A stretch of 64,000 nucleotides of DNA, taken from an uncultured Chloroflexia bacterium (lineage in GTDB: Bacteria > Chloroflexota > Limnocylindria > Limnocylindrales > CSP1-4). The stretch is from assembly GCA_963703155.1 (NCBI GenBank), contig OY969796.1, positions 3,509,875-3,573,874 of the forward strand, in the 5' to 3' direction. The notes under the pieces are model-generated. The model saw nothing but the letters and a program-made list of their open reading frames with translations. It was not told where the DNA came from and ran no database searches. A program made the position numbers and the translations under genes. Shown here one piece after another: positions 55,283 through 64,000 of this stretch. Each line of letters begins with the position of its first letter. Within the stretch, counting starts at the first letter, position 1.

Positions 55283-56352
55283 GCGCCGCGGACCGCCCGC
55301 AGGTCGTGTACCTCTGGGGAGACGACGAGTGGGCGATGGAACGCGTGGTCGGGTCGATCTCAGACGAGCTGGCGCGCGACACGGGCGCCCCGCCGGACCG
55401 CTGGCGGGTCGTGGGGCAGGAGTCCAGCCCCGACGCGATCGCGCAGCGGGTCTCGATCGCCCCGATGTTCGGCGGTGGCACGGTGGCGGTGGTGGCCAAC
55501 CCGACACAGCTCGTCCGCTCCAAGGCCCTGCGTGAGGCGCTCGACCGGGTCATCGCGTCGGTCGCACCCGGCAACGCGCTCGTCTTCCTCGAGTTCGACA
55601 CCTCCGACGGCCGCAAACGCCCGAAATCGCTGACCGACCTCGAGGCGGCGGTGATCAGGGCCGGCGGCAGTGTCCGGCCCTGCCGCGCGCCCAGCGCTGG
55701 CGAGATGCCCTCATGGATCGGCGGCCGCGCCAAGGAGCTCGGCGTCGAGCTGGGACCGGACGCAGCGAAGGAGATCGCCCGCCGGATCGGCGCGTTCGCG
55801 ACCGAGGGCGACGTGGACCGCCGCCAGATGGGCGCCATGGCCGTCGGCGAGCTCCAGAAGCTCGCGCTCTACCGCGGAACGGCAGCGGTCAGCGTCGAGG
55901 ACGTGAAGGCGCTCGTCGGCGAGGTGATCCCCGACTCGCTGTGGTCCCTGTCCGACGCGGTTGCCCTCCGCCGAGCGGAGCGCGCTGGCCCGGCCCTGGA
56001 CCACGCCCTCGAATCGCAGCCCGAGCAGGTCCTGCTCGTCCTCCTCCACCGCCGACTGCGGGAGCTCCTGATTGCGGCCGACGCCCGAGCGATGGGAGCC
56101 AAGCCGGCCGAGCTGGTGAAGCTGATCGGCGGCAACCCCTACGTGGTCCAGCGGCGGGCGGAGCAGGCCTCGGCCTGGACGGTCGCGGAGCTCGAGGCGG
56201 CCCTCGAGGGGCTGCTCGAGCTCGATCGGATGGCCAAGCACGCCGACGTCGAGGGCAGCACCGACGGACAGCGCCGGATGGCATGGGTGGCGTGGGTCGC
56301 CGAGCGGGTGGCGCCCCGGGCGCAGGGGCAGCAGGCGCCGCTGCGCCGCTAG
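55279..56352 (+). CDS. holA: DNA polymerase III delta subunit
   Basis: ...VVYLWGDDEWAMERVVGSISDEL...ALVFLEFDTSDGRK.... Conserved position after comEC. Confidence 0.8.
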   Translation: MSAADRPQVVYLWGDDEWAMERVVGSISDELARDTGAPPDRWRVVGQESSPDAIAQRVSIAPMFGGGTVAVVANPTQLVRSKALREALDRVIASVAPGNALVFLEFDTSDGRKRPKSLTDLEAAVIRAGGSVRPCRAPSAGEMPSWIGGRAKELGVELGPDAAKEIARRIGAFATEGDVDRRQMGAMAVGELQKLALYRGTAAVSVEDVKALVGEVIPDSLWSLSDAVALRRAERAGPALDHALESQPEQVLLVLLHRRLRELLIAADARAMGAKPAELVKLIGGNPYVVQRRAEQASAWTVAELEAALEGLLELDRMAKHADVEGSTDGQRRMAWVAWVAERVAPRAQGQQAPLRR

Positions 56353-56487
56353 GAGGAGCCCGTCCTGCGACAGGCGCGCGTCAACGCGGCGGCACACGAC
56401 GTGGAGGTGGGGCCGGGACAGCCGATGCAGCCCGGACGAGCGAGAGGGAGGGCGAAAGAGGCGCCCGAGGCGTCGCTCGGGAGGCGA

Positions 56488-56742
56488 TCAGTCAGCGGAC
56501 GACCAGGCCTGCTCCTGGAGCACGATGTCGCTCTCGATCGCGAAGACGCAGCGGCCCTCGCCCAGTTCGAGCAGCTCGATCAGCTCGGGATCGATGTAGA
56601 GCTGATGGCAGTCCTCGCAGAGGCCGCCGGGAATGCCGAAGCACAGCCGCTCGTTCCGGTCAGGCAGCCGGAACGTCGTGTCGAAGCGGGTGATGATGAG
56701 GCGCCGGCTGCAGCTGGGGCAGCGATCTCGCAGGCCCGACAT
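56488..56742 (-). CDS. Small zinc-ribbon protein (84 aa)
   Basis: MSGLRDRCPSCSRRLI...LCFGIPGGLCEDCHQLYIDPELIELLELG.... GGAGAAG SD. High GC3. Confidence 0.55.
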   Translation of the reverse strand: MSGLRDRCPSCSRRLIITRFDTTFRLPDRNERLCFGIPGGLCEDCHQLYIDPELIELLELGEGRCVFAIESDIVLQEQAWSSAD

Positions 56743-56874
56743 CGGGGCTTCTCCGGTGGCGCCAGCCCCATCGGCTGACGACCTGCAACGGATGCTAGGC
56801 ACCCCGGACCCGACTGCACATGACCCAGCCGTACGGGCCAGAACGGTACCCCCACGAAACGGGTGGGCCCCGCC

Positions 56875-57294
56875 TTACTGGACCCGGACGACCACGCGCG
56901 CCGCCGACCAGTACTTCTCGAGCCCGTAGTAGTCGCGCTCGGGGGGCGTGAAGACGTGGACGACCACGGAGCCGAAGTCGACCAGCACCCAGTGCGATGC
57001 CGGCGTCCCCTCCCGGCCGATCGGGCGGACGCCCTCCTCGCGCAGGGCCTCGACGATCCCGTCCGCGATCGCGGCGATCTGCCGCTCGGACCCACCGGAA
57101 CAGATCACGAACGCGTCCGCGAGCGTGGTCAGATCAGCCAGGTCCAGGAGCACGATGTCCGCGGCCTTCTTGTCCTCCGCGAGCTCAACGATCCGGCGGG
57201 CCAGGTCGATCGGTTCGCGGTCGGACGCGGGCGGCGCCCCGTCGCGATGCGGGAGGCCGTCCGGGCTGGGAGCGGTCGCGGTGGGTTCAGTCAC
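56875..57294 (-). CDS. rsfS: Ribosomal silencing factor RsfS (Iojap)
   Basis: ...AEDKKAADIVLLDLADLTTLADAFVICSGGSERQIAAIADGIVEALRE...VLVDFGSVVVHVF.... GTG at 57294 with a GGAGGA SD. The ORF remains open to 57357. Confidence 0.8.
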   Translation of the reverse strand: MTEPTATAPSPDGLPHRDGAPPASDREPIDLARRIVELAEDKKAADIVLLDLADLTTLADAFVICSGGSERQIAAIADGIVEALREEGVRPIGREGTPASHWVLVDFGSVVVHVFTPPERDYYGLEKYWSAARVVVRVQ

Positions 57295-57319
57295 GATGGT
57301 CGGGGTCCTCCGGGTGGGG

Positions 57320-57967
57320 TCAGGCGTACAGGCGGTGCTGGGCGATGTAGGCGGCAACGGCGTCGGGGACGAGGTACCGCACCGACCGCCCGGCGGCCGC
57401 CCTGCGTCGCACCACGCTACCTGAGATGGGCAAGAGGGGTCCCGCGAGGAAGGCGACCCTGTTCGAGGCGCCCGGGAAGCGAGCTTCCACCCACGCCGGC
57501 CCGAGCGGGTCGAAGCCGCCCCTCGGCACGACGGCGATCCGCGCGAGCCCCAGGATCCGGACCGGCTCGCGCCACGCCGGCAGCCCGGCCAGCGCCTCCG
57601 TGGAGAGGATCAGCCAGGGGTCCACGAGCCCGTCAGCACGGAGGGCCTCGAGCGTGTCCACCGTGTACGACGCCCCGCCGCGGGCGACCTCGAGGTCGCT
57701 CACCTCGAAGGCCGGGTTGCCCGCCACGGCGAGCCGGACCATCGCGAGTCGGTGTTCGGGCGATGTGACGTCACGCCCAGGCTTGTGCGGCGGCGTGGAC
57801 GCGGGCATGAACACCACGCGCTCCAGCCCCAGCGCCTCGCGCGCCTCCTCGGCGATCGCGAGGTGGCCGTTGTGGATGGGGTCGAACGTGCCGCCGAGGA
57901 TCCCCACGGAGCCGAGCTGCACAGGCGCCGGAGGCTCGATGGGATCGCCCTGGGCAGCCTCGGTCAC
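57320..57967 (-). CDS. nadD: Nicotinate-nucleotide adenylyltransferase
   Basis: ...VGILGGTFDPIHNGHLAIAEEA... (HxGH motif). Its start overlaps the obg stop. Confidence 0.9.
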   Translation of the reverse strand: MTEAAQGDPIEPPAPVQLGSVGILGGTFDPIHNGHLAIAEEAREALGLERVVFMPASTPPHKPGRDVTSPEHRLAMVRLAVAGNPAFEVSDLEVARGGASYTVDTLEALRADGLVDPWLILSTEALAGLPAWREPVRILGLARIAVVPRGGFDPLGPAWVEARFPGASNRVAFLAGPLLPISGSVVRRRAAAGRSVRYLVPDAVAAYIAQHRLYA

Positions 57968-59262
57968 TCGCCCTCCTCGGGCGGCTCCCAGGCGAGCACG
58001 ACCTCACCGATGCGGACGTCGTCGCCCGGGCGCACGCCGGCCTTCCGGAGCGCCCCGTCGATGCCCAGGCGCAGGAGCTCCCGCTGGAACCGCTCGGCGG
58101 ACTCCTCGTTGTCGAAGTTGGTCTGGACGGCCAGCCGCTCGATCCGCTTGCCGTGGACGACGTAGCCCTCCTCGTGGCGCTCGATCGTGAAGCCGTCCCC
58201 GGCGGCCTCGAGGCGGTGCACCACCACGCCAGCGGGGTCCGGCGGCTCGGCCATCGCTTCGGCGTCCGGCAGCATCGCGCCCACCGCGACGCGCAGGGCG
58301 TCGAGCCCCTCGCCGGTGTCCGCGGAGATGGCCACGACATCGCGGCCCGCCGCCCGCTGCGTCGCCTCGAACTCGGGCCATGCGGACTGGGCGTCGGGCA
58401 GGTCGAGCTTGTTGAACACCACGAGCATCGGCTTGGCGAGCAGCGCGGGGTCATGCGCCCCAAGCTCGTCGCGGATCGTGTCGTGGTCCCACTGCGGGTC
58501 CTTCGCCGCGCCGTCCACCATGTGCAGCAGGACGCGCGTCCGTTCCACGTGGCGGAGGAACGCGTGCCCCAGGCCAGCGCCGGCCGAGGCGCCCTCGATC
58601 AGCCCTGGCACGTCCGCGATCGTCGGGCGCCGCCCGTCCTCCTCGCCCAGCTCGAGCACGCCCAGGTTGGGCTCGAGCGTCGTGAACGGGTACGCGGCGA
58701 TCTTCGGCCGGGCCGACGTGAGGGCGGCCAGCAGGGTGGACTTGCCCGCATTGGGGAGCCCAACCAGGCCCACATCGGCGATGAGCCGCAGCTCGAGGCG
58801 CAGGCCCTTCTCCTCGCCTGGCTCGCCGCGCTGCGCGTGGCGTGGCGCCTGGTGGGTGGAGGTGGCGAAGTGCACGTTGCCCAGGCCGCCGCGGCCGCCG
58901 CGGGCGACCATCGCCTCCTGCCCCACCGCGACCAGGTCCGCGAGCAGCCCGCCGGTCACCTCGTCGATGACCGCGGTCCCGGGCGGGACCGGGAGGTACA
59001 GGTCGTCGCCGGCCTTGCCGTGGCGCTTCTGGCGCTCCCCCGAGCCGCCCGGCGTGGCCGAGAAGTTGTGCTTGTACCGGAAGTCGCGCAGCGTGGTCTG
59101 GCCGGCGTCCACGCGCAGGTACACCGAACCGCCGCGGCCGCCGTCGCCGCCGTCGGGGCCGCCCCGGGGCACATGAGCTTCGCGGCGCATCGTGGACGCT
59201 CCGTCGCCGCCGGCACCGGCGCGCACGACGATGCGGACCTCGTCAAGGAACATGCTGGGCAT
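57964..59262 (-). CDS. obg: GTPase Obg/CgtA
   Basis: MPSMFLDEVRIVVRAGAGGDG... (Obg fold) and ...ADVGLVGLPNAGKSTLL...DVPGLIEGAS...VFNKLD... (G1/G3/G4). Confidence 0.9.
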   Translation of the reverse strand: MPSMFLDEVRIVVRAGAGGDGASTMRREAHVPRGGPDGGDGGRGGSVYLRVDAGQTTLRDFRYKHNFSATPGGSGERQKRHGKAGDDLYLPVPPGTAVIDEVTGGLLADLVAVGQEAMVARGGRGGLGNVHFATSTHQAPRHAQRGEPGEEKGLRLELRLIADVGLVGLPNAGKSTLLAALTSARPKIAAYPFTTLEPNLGVLELGEEDGRRPTIADVPGLIEGASAGAGLGHAFLRHVERTRVLLHMVDGAAKDPQWDHDTIRDELGAHDPALLAKPMLVVFNKLDLPDAQSAWPEFEATQRAAGRDVVAISADTGEGLDALRVAVGAMLPDAEAMAEPPDPAGVVVHRLEAAGDGFTIERHEEGYVVHGKRIERLAVQTNFDNEESAERFQRELLRLGIDGALRKAGVRPGDDVRIGEVVLAWEPPEEGE

Positions 59263-59291
59263 TCTCGCACGGGAGCCTCGGCCAAACGCTG

Positions 59292-59315
59292 ACGCCCCCG
59301 GCGAACCGGGGGCGT
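59292..59315 (-). terminator. Intrinsic-terminator-like hairpin (10-bp GC stem, tetraloop) 25 nt after the M23 peptidase stop, followed by a weak U-run
   Basis: ACGCCCCCGG-cgaa-CCGGGGGCGT. On the minus strand the loop reads UUCG. Confidence 0.55.
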
Positions 59316-59339
59316 TCGGCTGTCCGCGGCGGACTGTGG

Positions 59340-60689
59340 CTAGAGGTAGTTGAGGGGGTTCATCCGCTGGCCGCCATTCCAGATGGGGCCAATCCACACC
59401 TCGAAGTGGAGGTGGGGCCCGGTGGCGTCGCCGCTCTGCCCGATCCGGCCGACCTGCTGTCCCCGGCTGACGGTCTCGCCGGTGCCCACGGTGAGGGCTG
59501 ACATGTGGTTGTAGGTGGTGTACATGTCGCCGCCGTGGGAGATCCAGACTTGCCACCCGCCGCCGTTGCCCTTCCAGCCGGCGAAGATCACCGTGCCGCT
59601 GGCGGCCGCGACAACGGTGGAGCCGTAGTCGGCGGCGATGTCGATCGCCCAGTGGCCGTAGTGGTAGTACTGGCTGATGTAGTTGTTGCCGCCGATGACC
59701 GGCCACGAGAGCCTGCCGCCCGTGTAGCTGCCGCCCACCCCGGAGGTGGTCCCTCCGCTGGTGCGATGGGTCGTGGTGGTTGTCGGGTGCGAAACGGCCT
59801 GCGGCTTGACCGGCTTCGGCGTGGGGATGGGCGCCCCCAGCGCCCCGGGGACGATCAGGACCTGGCCCACGACGAGCGTCGGGTCGGTCAACTGGTTGAT
59901 GTCGATGATCGCCTGCTTGTTGACGCTGTACTTCGCGGCGATGCCGTCGAGCGTGTCGGTCACCCCGACCGTGATCACGAGGCCATTGGCCGGTGGGACG
60001 CGCAGCAGCTGCCCGATGTGGAGGTCAGTCAGGGACTTCATCGTGCCCTTGTTCGCCCACCACAGCGTCATCGTGGAGATCTTGAAGGTGGACGAGATCC
60101 CCGAGAGCGTGTCGCCCTTCTTGACCTTGTAGAGCTGGATCAGCGACGAGCCGTCCTCAACCGTCGTCTCGGGCGCGTAGCCGGTGATGAGCGTGCCGTC
60201 CGCGGTCACGTTGCCCGTGTCCGGCGAGGGCTGCTCGGCCGACGGGAGGGTCGTGACGTCTGCGGGGACGGTGACCGGCTGGAAGCTCGTGTCCGACTTC
60301 CGCGCGTCGAGGCTGGTGAGCCCGAGGCCGTCCGTGCTGTCGAGGTAGCGGACCCCGCCATTGACGGCAAGCCGAGGGTTGGGGCTGCTGCCCTGGGCGG
60401 CGCCGGCCGCGCCACCGGGCGTGCTCGGCATCAGGGCGAGCATCGAGGCGATGGCGACGATCGCCGCAACGGCGACCGGGAGTGCACGCTCGGCCGTGGT
60501 GAACGGGCGAACCGCCGACGCGAGCGTCCCGCTCAGCATGCCGGCTGGAGCGGTGCGGCCGCGGAGCCATGACCCGAACGCCAGCAAGAGGGCGATGGAT
60601 CCGTGGCGGGCGCGGCTGGCCTGTGACACGCGGCGGGCAGGGCGCAGGCGATTGGGCCGGCGACCCACGCCGTCGGTGGACTTCTGCAA
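59340..60689 (-). CDS. LysM-domain M23-family peptidoglycan endopeptidase
   Basis: Two LysM repeats (YKVKKGDTLSGISSTFKI..., YSVNKQAIIDINQL...) and a C-terminal M23 domain (...HWAIDIAADYGSTVVAAASGTVIFAG...GPHLHFEVW). The start is uncertain (TTG at 60689 or ATG at 60539). Confidence 0.8.
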   Translation of the reverse strand: MQKSTDGVGRRPNRLRPARRVSQASRARHGSIALLLAFGSWLRGRTAPAGMLSGTLASAVRPFTTAERALPVAVAAIVAIASMLALMPSTPGGAAGAAQGSSPNPRLAVNGGVRYLDSTDGLGLTSLDARKSDTSFQPVTVPADVTTLPSAEQPSPDTGNVTADGTLITGYAPETTVEDGSSLIQLYKVKKGDTLSGISSTFKISTMTLWWANKGTMKSLTDLHIGQLLRVPPANGLVITVGVTDTLDGIAAKYSVNKQAIIDINQLTDPTLVVGQVLIVPGALGAPIPTPKPVKPQAVSHPTTTTTHRTSGGTTSGVGGSYTGGRLSWPVIGGNNYISQYYHYGHWAIDIAADYGSTVVAAASGTVIFAGWKGNGGGWQVWISHGGDMYTTYNHMSALTVGTGETVSRGQQVGRIGQSGDATGPHLHFEVWIGPIWNGGQRMNPLNYL

Positions 60690-60857
60690 TACGGCCTCCT
60701 GGGGGGAGGATCGAGCGACGGGAGCACTCCCGGGCGCCTGTGCCGATCCCCTCTCGGGGTGTTGGTCGTGCGGTGGAGTGGCCCGAAATTGCGTCCCTCG
60801 GCCAGCTCCGATTTCAGGACCCTAACAGACCGCGGAACCGTAGGTCAAACGACGCAT

Positions 60858-60915
60858 CCCAGATCTGGGGGTGTCGGGAGGCCCTTTTACCCGGTCTGGA
60901 AGTCCCAAATCTGGG
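60858..60915. promoter_or_regulatory. Pair of 12-bp palindromes, CCCAGATCTGGG (60858-69, perfect) and CCCAAATCTGGG (60904-15), in the lower-GC intergenic region between rho and the M23 peptidase gene
   Basis: Read directly from the sequence. They sit upstream of the peptidase gene on the minus strand. Confidence 0.35.
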
Positions 60916-61040
60916 CATTGCTGACCGAGATTGAGAAGACGCAACGAATTCGCAGCCTGGAAAGGCGTCACAGCGTCGCGGGTGTTGCGCGTCGCGGACC
61001 GGCATCGCGGCCCAGTCTGGCGTCTCGGACCGACTCGGGG

Positions 61041-62417
61041 TCAGTCCAGCGGCTTGTTGAGCGAACCCAGGAACTGGACGTTGTTCTCGGTCTTCGCGAT
61101 CCGGTTGAGGAGGAGCTCGATGCCCTCGTTCGAGCCGACCGCGGACAGCATCCGGCGCATCGTCCAGACCATCTTGAGGGTGCCCTCCTCGAGGAGCAGC
61201 TCCTCGCGGCGGGTCCCGGACCGCTGGACGTCGATCGCCGGGAAGATGCGCTTCTCGGCGAGCTTGCGGTCGAGGATGAGCTCCGAGTTGCCGGTGCCCT
61301 TGAACTCCTCGTAGATCACGTCGTCCATGCGCGAGCCCGTGTCGACGAGGCAGGTCCCGATGATCGTCAGCGAGCCGCCCTCCTCGATCTTGCGGGCGGC
61401 GCCGAAGAACCGCTTGGGCGGGTACAGCGCGATCGGGTCGATGCCGCCGGAGAGGGTTCGGCCGGAGGGGGGCAGCGCGAGGTTGTACGCGCGCGCGAGG
61501 CGGGTGATGGAGTCGAGCAGGATCACCACGTCGCGCCCGGTCTCCACCTGGCGCTTCGCGATCTCGAGCGCCATCTCGGCGACGTGCGTGTGGTTCTCGG
61601 TGGGCTCGTCGAAGGTGGAGCTGATGACCTCGCCGTGGACCGAGCGGCGCATGTCCGTGACCTCCTCCGGGCGCTCGCCGATGAGGGCGACCATCAGGAG
61701 GATGTCGGGGTAGTTGGCCGTGATCCCGTTCGCGATCGCCTTGAGCAGCATCGTCTTGCCGGCCTTCGGCGGCGACACGATCAGCGCGCGCTGGCCCTTG
61801 CCCAGCGGGTTGACAAGGTTCACGAGCCGCTGGGAGAGGTTCTTCGGGTCCGACTCGAGGTTGATCAGCTCGATCGGGTGGATCGGCGTCAGGTCGTTGA
61901 AGAACGGCCGGCGGCGGGCGGCCTCGGTGTCCACACCGTTGACGGTGTCGACGCGGATCAGGCCCCAGTACTTCTCGCCCTCGCGCGGCGCTCGGACAGC
62001 GCCGACGACGCGGTCGCCCACCCGCAGGCCGAAGCGGCGGACCTGGCTGGAGCTGACGTAGACGTCCTCGGCGCTCGGCAGCAGGCCGTGGCGGCGCATG
62101 AAGCCGTAGCCCTCGTCCACGACGTCGAGGATGCCGAAGGCGAAGTCCAGGCCGGCCCGCTCGGTCTGCGCCTGCAGGATGGCGTCAACCAGGTCCTCGC
62201 GGCGGTCCGCCCCGGTGTCGATCTCCAGACTCTTGCCGACGTCGCGCAGCTCCTTGACCGACATCTCGCTGAGGTCGCGGATGTCGAGGTCGTTCCGCCC
62301 GCGCGCGGCTTCGAGCTCTGCGACTTCATCCTGCTCGGTGACCGGCAGGCGGTTCGTCTGGGAGCGGCGGCGCGAGCGGCGGTTGCGGCTCGGGCGCTGG
62401 TCGGGGCCATTCGGCAT
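61041..62417 (-). CDS. rho: Transcription termination factor Rho (with an Arg-rich N-terminal extension)
   Basis: ...GFGFLR-like RNA-binding region, Walker A (SPPKAGKTMLLKAIANGI), Q-/R-loops, ...IFPAIDVQRSGTRREELL. Confidence 0.95.
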   Translation of the reverse strand: MPNGPDQRPSRNRRSRRRSQTNRLPVTEQDEVAELEAARGRNDLDIRDLSEMSVKELRDVGKSLEIDTGADRREDLVDAILQAQTERAGLDFAFGILDVVDEGYGFMRRHGLLPSAEDVYVSSSQVRRFGLRVGDRVVGAVRAPREGEKYWGLIRVDTVNGVDTEAARRRPFFNDLTPIHPIELINLESDPKNLSQRLVNLVNPLGKGQRALIVSPPKAGKTMLLKAIANGITANYPDILLMVALIGERPEEVTDMRRSVHGEVISSTFDEPTENHTHVAEMALEIAKRQVETGRDVVILLDSITRLARAYNLALPPSGRTLSGGIDPIALYPPKRFFGAARKIEEGGSLTIIGTCLVDTGSRMDDVIYEEFKGTGNSELILDRKLAEKRIFPAIDVQRSGTRREELLLEEGTLKMVWTMRRMLSAVGSNEGIELLLNRIAKTENNVQFLGSLNKPLD

Positions 62418-62953
62418 GGAGGGGGCTGTCCTCGGGGTGAGTGCGACTCGGGTCTGAACCGGTCGGGATTGGGCGCGCCACGGGCCGTGCTTCGCGCGGA
62501 ATCACTCGTACGTCGCGCGCGACCGGTGGGGGTGCCCCGATCATATTGGACCGTGGGCCGTGCCGTCAACGATTCGGTCGCCTCGCGGGCGCAGATTGAT
62601 TCCCCGCTGCGCGACAGCGTGGTCGCCGGAGCTCTCGCTGGCGTGCTGGCCGTGTCGGTCGCGGGTCTGCAGGCCGGGGCCCAGCGCTGTGGTGGCAGTG
62701 GCCATCGGGCTTGTGCAGCTCGCCCTCCAAGTCGCCTGGGTGCGGCGCAGCATCAACCGTCTTCACAGGGGCGCGAGCCCGCGCTCCCCAGGTCCCGATC
62801 CGTCCGGCTGACGGGGGACGTGCGCGCAGCGAGGAGATGGCGCGGGACTCCGTCCTGGCGGTCGGCTTCTTCGCGGTCGCGTCCGCCGCGGCACGGGCAG
62901 CCTTCCCGTGGCCACGGCATCCGGGCGGGTCGCGGCAGGACGCCGGGGCTGCG

Positions 62954-64000
62954 TCAGGACGCGGGGGCAGCCTCGGCGGCGCGATCGTCCTCGGGCTGCT
63001 GGCCAACGGCCGTGAGGACCGGCTGGGTCCCATCGCGCAGGGCGAGCGCCGTGGCGACGAAGCCGTGGAACAGCGGGTGCGGGCGTTCCGGCCGCGACTT
63101 GAACTCGGGGTGGAACTGGCTTGCGACAAACCACGGGTGGTCGCGCAGCTCGACGATCTCCACCAGGCGGCCGTCGGGCGAGGTGCCCGAGAGGAGCATC
63201 CCGGCGCCCTCGAGGACAGCTCGATACCGGTTGTTGACCTCGAAGCGGTGCCGGTGCCGCTCGTAGATGACCTCGGTGCCGTAGACCGCACGGGCCTTCG
63301 ACCCGGGCGCGAGCTTGGCCGGATAGAGGCCCAGCCGCATCGTGCCGCCCTTGTCCTCGACGTCCCGCTGGTCGGGCATGAAGTCGATGACCGGGTTCGA
63401 GGTGAACATGTCGAACTCGGTGGAGTTGACGTCGGTGGTCTGCATGACCTCGCGCGCGAACTCGATCACGGCGCACTGGAGGCCCAGGCACAGGCCAAGG
63501 TACGGCTTGCCCTGCTTGCGCGCCCAGTGTGCGGCGAGCACCTTGCCCTCGATCCCGCGGTGGCCGAAGCCTCCCGGAACCAGCACCGCGGCGGCGCCGG
63601 CGAGGCGCTCGTCGACGTTGTCCTTGTCCAGGCGCTCGCTGTCCACCCAGCGGACCTTCGCGTCCACGCCGTTCGCCCACGCCGCGTGGCGCAGCGCCTC
63701 GGTGACCGAGAGATAGGCGTCGGGCAGCTCGATGTACTTGCCCACGAGCGCGATCTCGAGCGTGGGCTTGGGGGCCTTGATCCGCTCGACCAGCGCGCGC
63801 CAGCCGTCGAGGTTCGGCACGGCGTCGGGATCACCCAGCCCCAGCTCACGCACGACGAGCCGCCCGAAGCCGAACGACTCGAACTGGAGCGGGACCTCGT
63901 AGATCGTGGACGCGGTGGGAGCCGGGATCACGGCGTCGACGTCGACATCGGTGAACAGGGCGATCTTCTCGCGGATCTCGTCCGGGACGTCGCTGTCCGA
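62954..64000 (-). CDS. pyrG: CTP synthase, C-terminal glutamine-amidotransferase part; the gene start lies beyond the window end
   Basis: ...KPYLGLCLGLQCAVIEFAR... (GATase catalytic Cys) ...HRHRFEVN.... The frame stays open through nt 64000. Confidence 0.9.
   Translation of the reverse strand, partial: SDSDVPDEIREKIALFTDVDVDAVIPAPTASTIYEVPLQFESFGFGRLVVRELGLGDPDAVPNLDGWRALVERIKAPKPTLEIALVGKYIELPDAYLSVTEALRHAAWANGVDAKVRWVDSERLDKDNVDERLAGAAAVLVPGGFGHRGIEGKVLAAHWARKQGKPYLGLCLGLQCAVIEFAREVMQTTDVNSTEFDMFTSNPVIDFMPDQRDVEDKGGTMRLGLYPAKLAPGSKARAVYGTEVIYERHRHRFEVNNRYRAVLEGAGMLLSGTSPDGRLVEIVELRDHPWFVASQFHPEFKSRPERPHPLFHGFVATALALRDGTQPVLTAVGQQPEDDRAAEAAPAS

Noticed and set aside
60759-63266. 835-aa plus-strand ORF
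   Set aside because: It is antisense to rho and the pyrG 3' end and has no conserved motifs. Shadow ORF.

Overview
This is a high-GC (about 70% or more) chromosomal window from an Actinobacteria-like organism, judged from the GC content, leaderless and GTG starts, a Cheo-type LexA box and the gene content. The organism guess is inference only. I found no rRNA, CRISPR array, transposase or integrase.

Features: two tRNA-Ala genes (anticodons CGC and GGC) and one tRNA-Tyr (anticodon GTA). Clear housekeeping genes: leuS, rho, the obg-nadD-rsfS operon, comEA-comEC-(HD hydrolase)-holA, and pyrG (partial at the right edge). The left 9 kb carries an SOS mutasome locus, with dnaE2 (imuC) on the minus strand running off the window start and a separate imuA'-imuB unit. 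Each unit sits behind an identical-half-site LexA box (TAGAAC-N4-GTTCTx). A GyrI-like gene and an MfpA/Qnr-like pentapeptide-repeat gene sit beside dnaE2. Other content: a sugar-phosphate synthase/phosphatase cluster (GT4 + HAD), a GAF/PAS sensor kinase, an OmpR-type response regulator, a glycogen-debranching-like enzyme, an ECF sigma factor with a polytopic membrane partner, a GGDEF + HD-GYP protein, and a translationally coupled five-gene operon of unknown function (minimal nucleotidyltransferase, EEP phosphodiesterase, DoxX, bPH-like protein, Zn-ribbon membrane protein).

The most striking window-wide pattern is that recognisable genes repeatedly need a frame change to be read: dnaE2, the AI-2E transporter, a GmhB-like phosphatase, a GT1 glycosyltransferase, an ABC-2 transporter, DUF72, a lipoprotein and others, plus truncated remnants (TopIB, GNAT, ABC-2 permease). 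Either this locus is undergoing gene decay or the assembly has localised indel errors. Very long ORFs antisense to real genes are common GC artefacts and were ignored.
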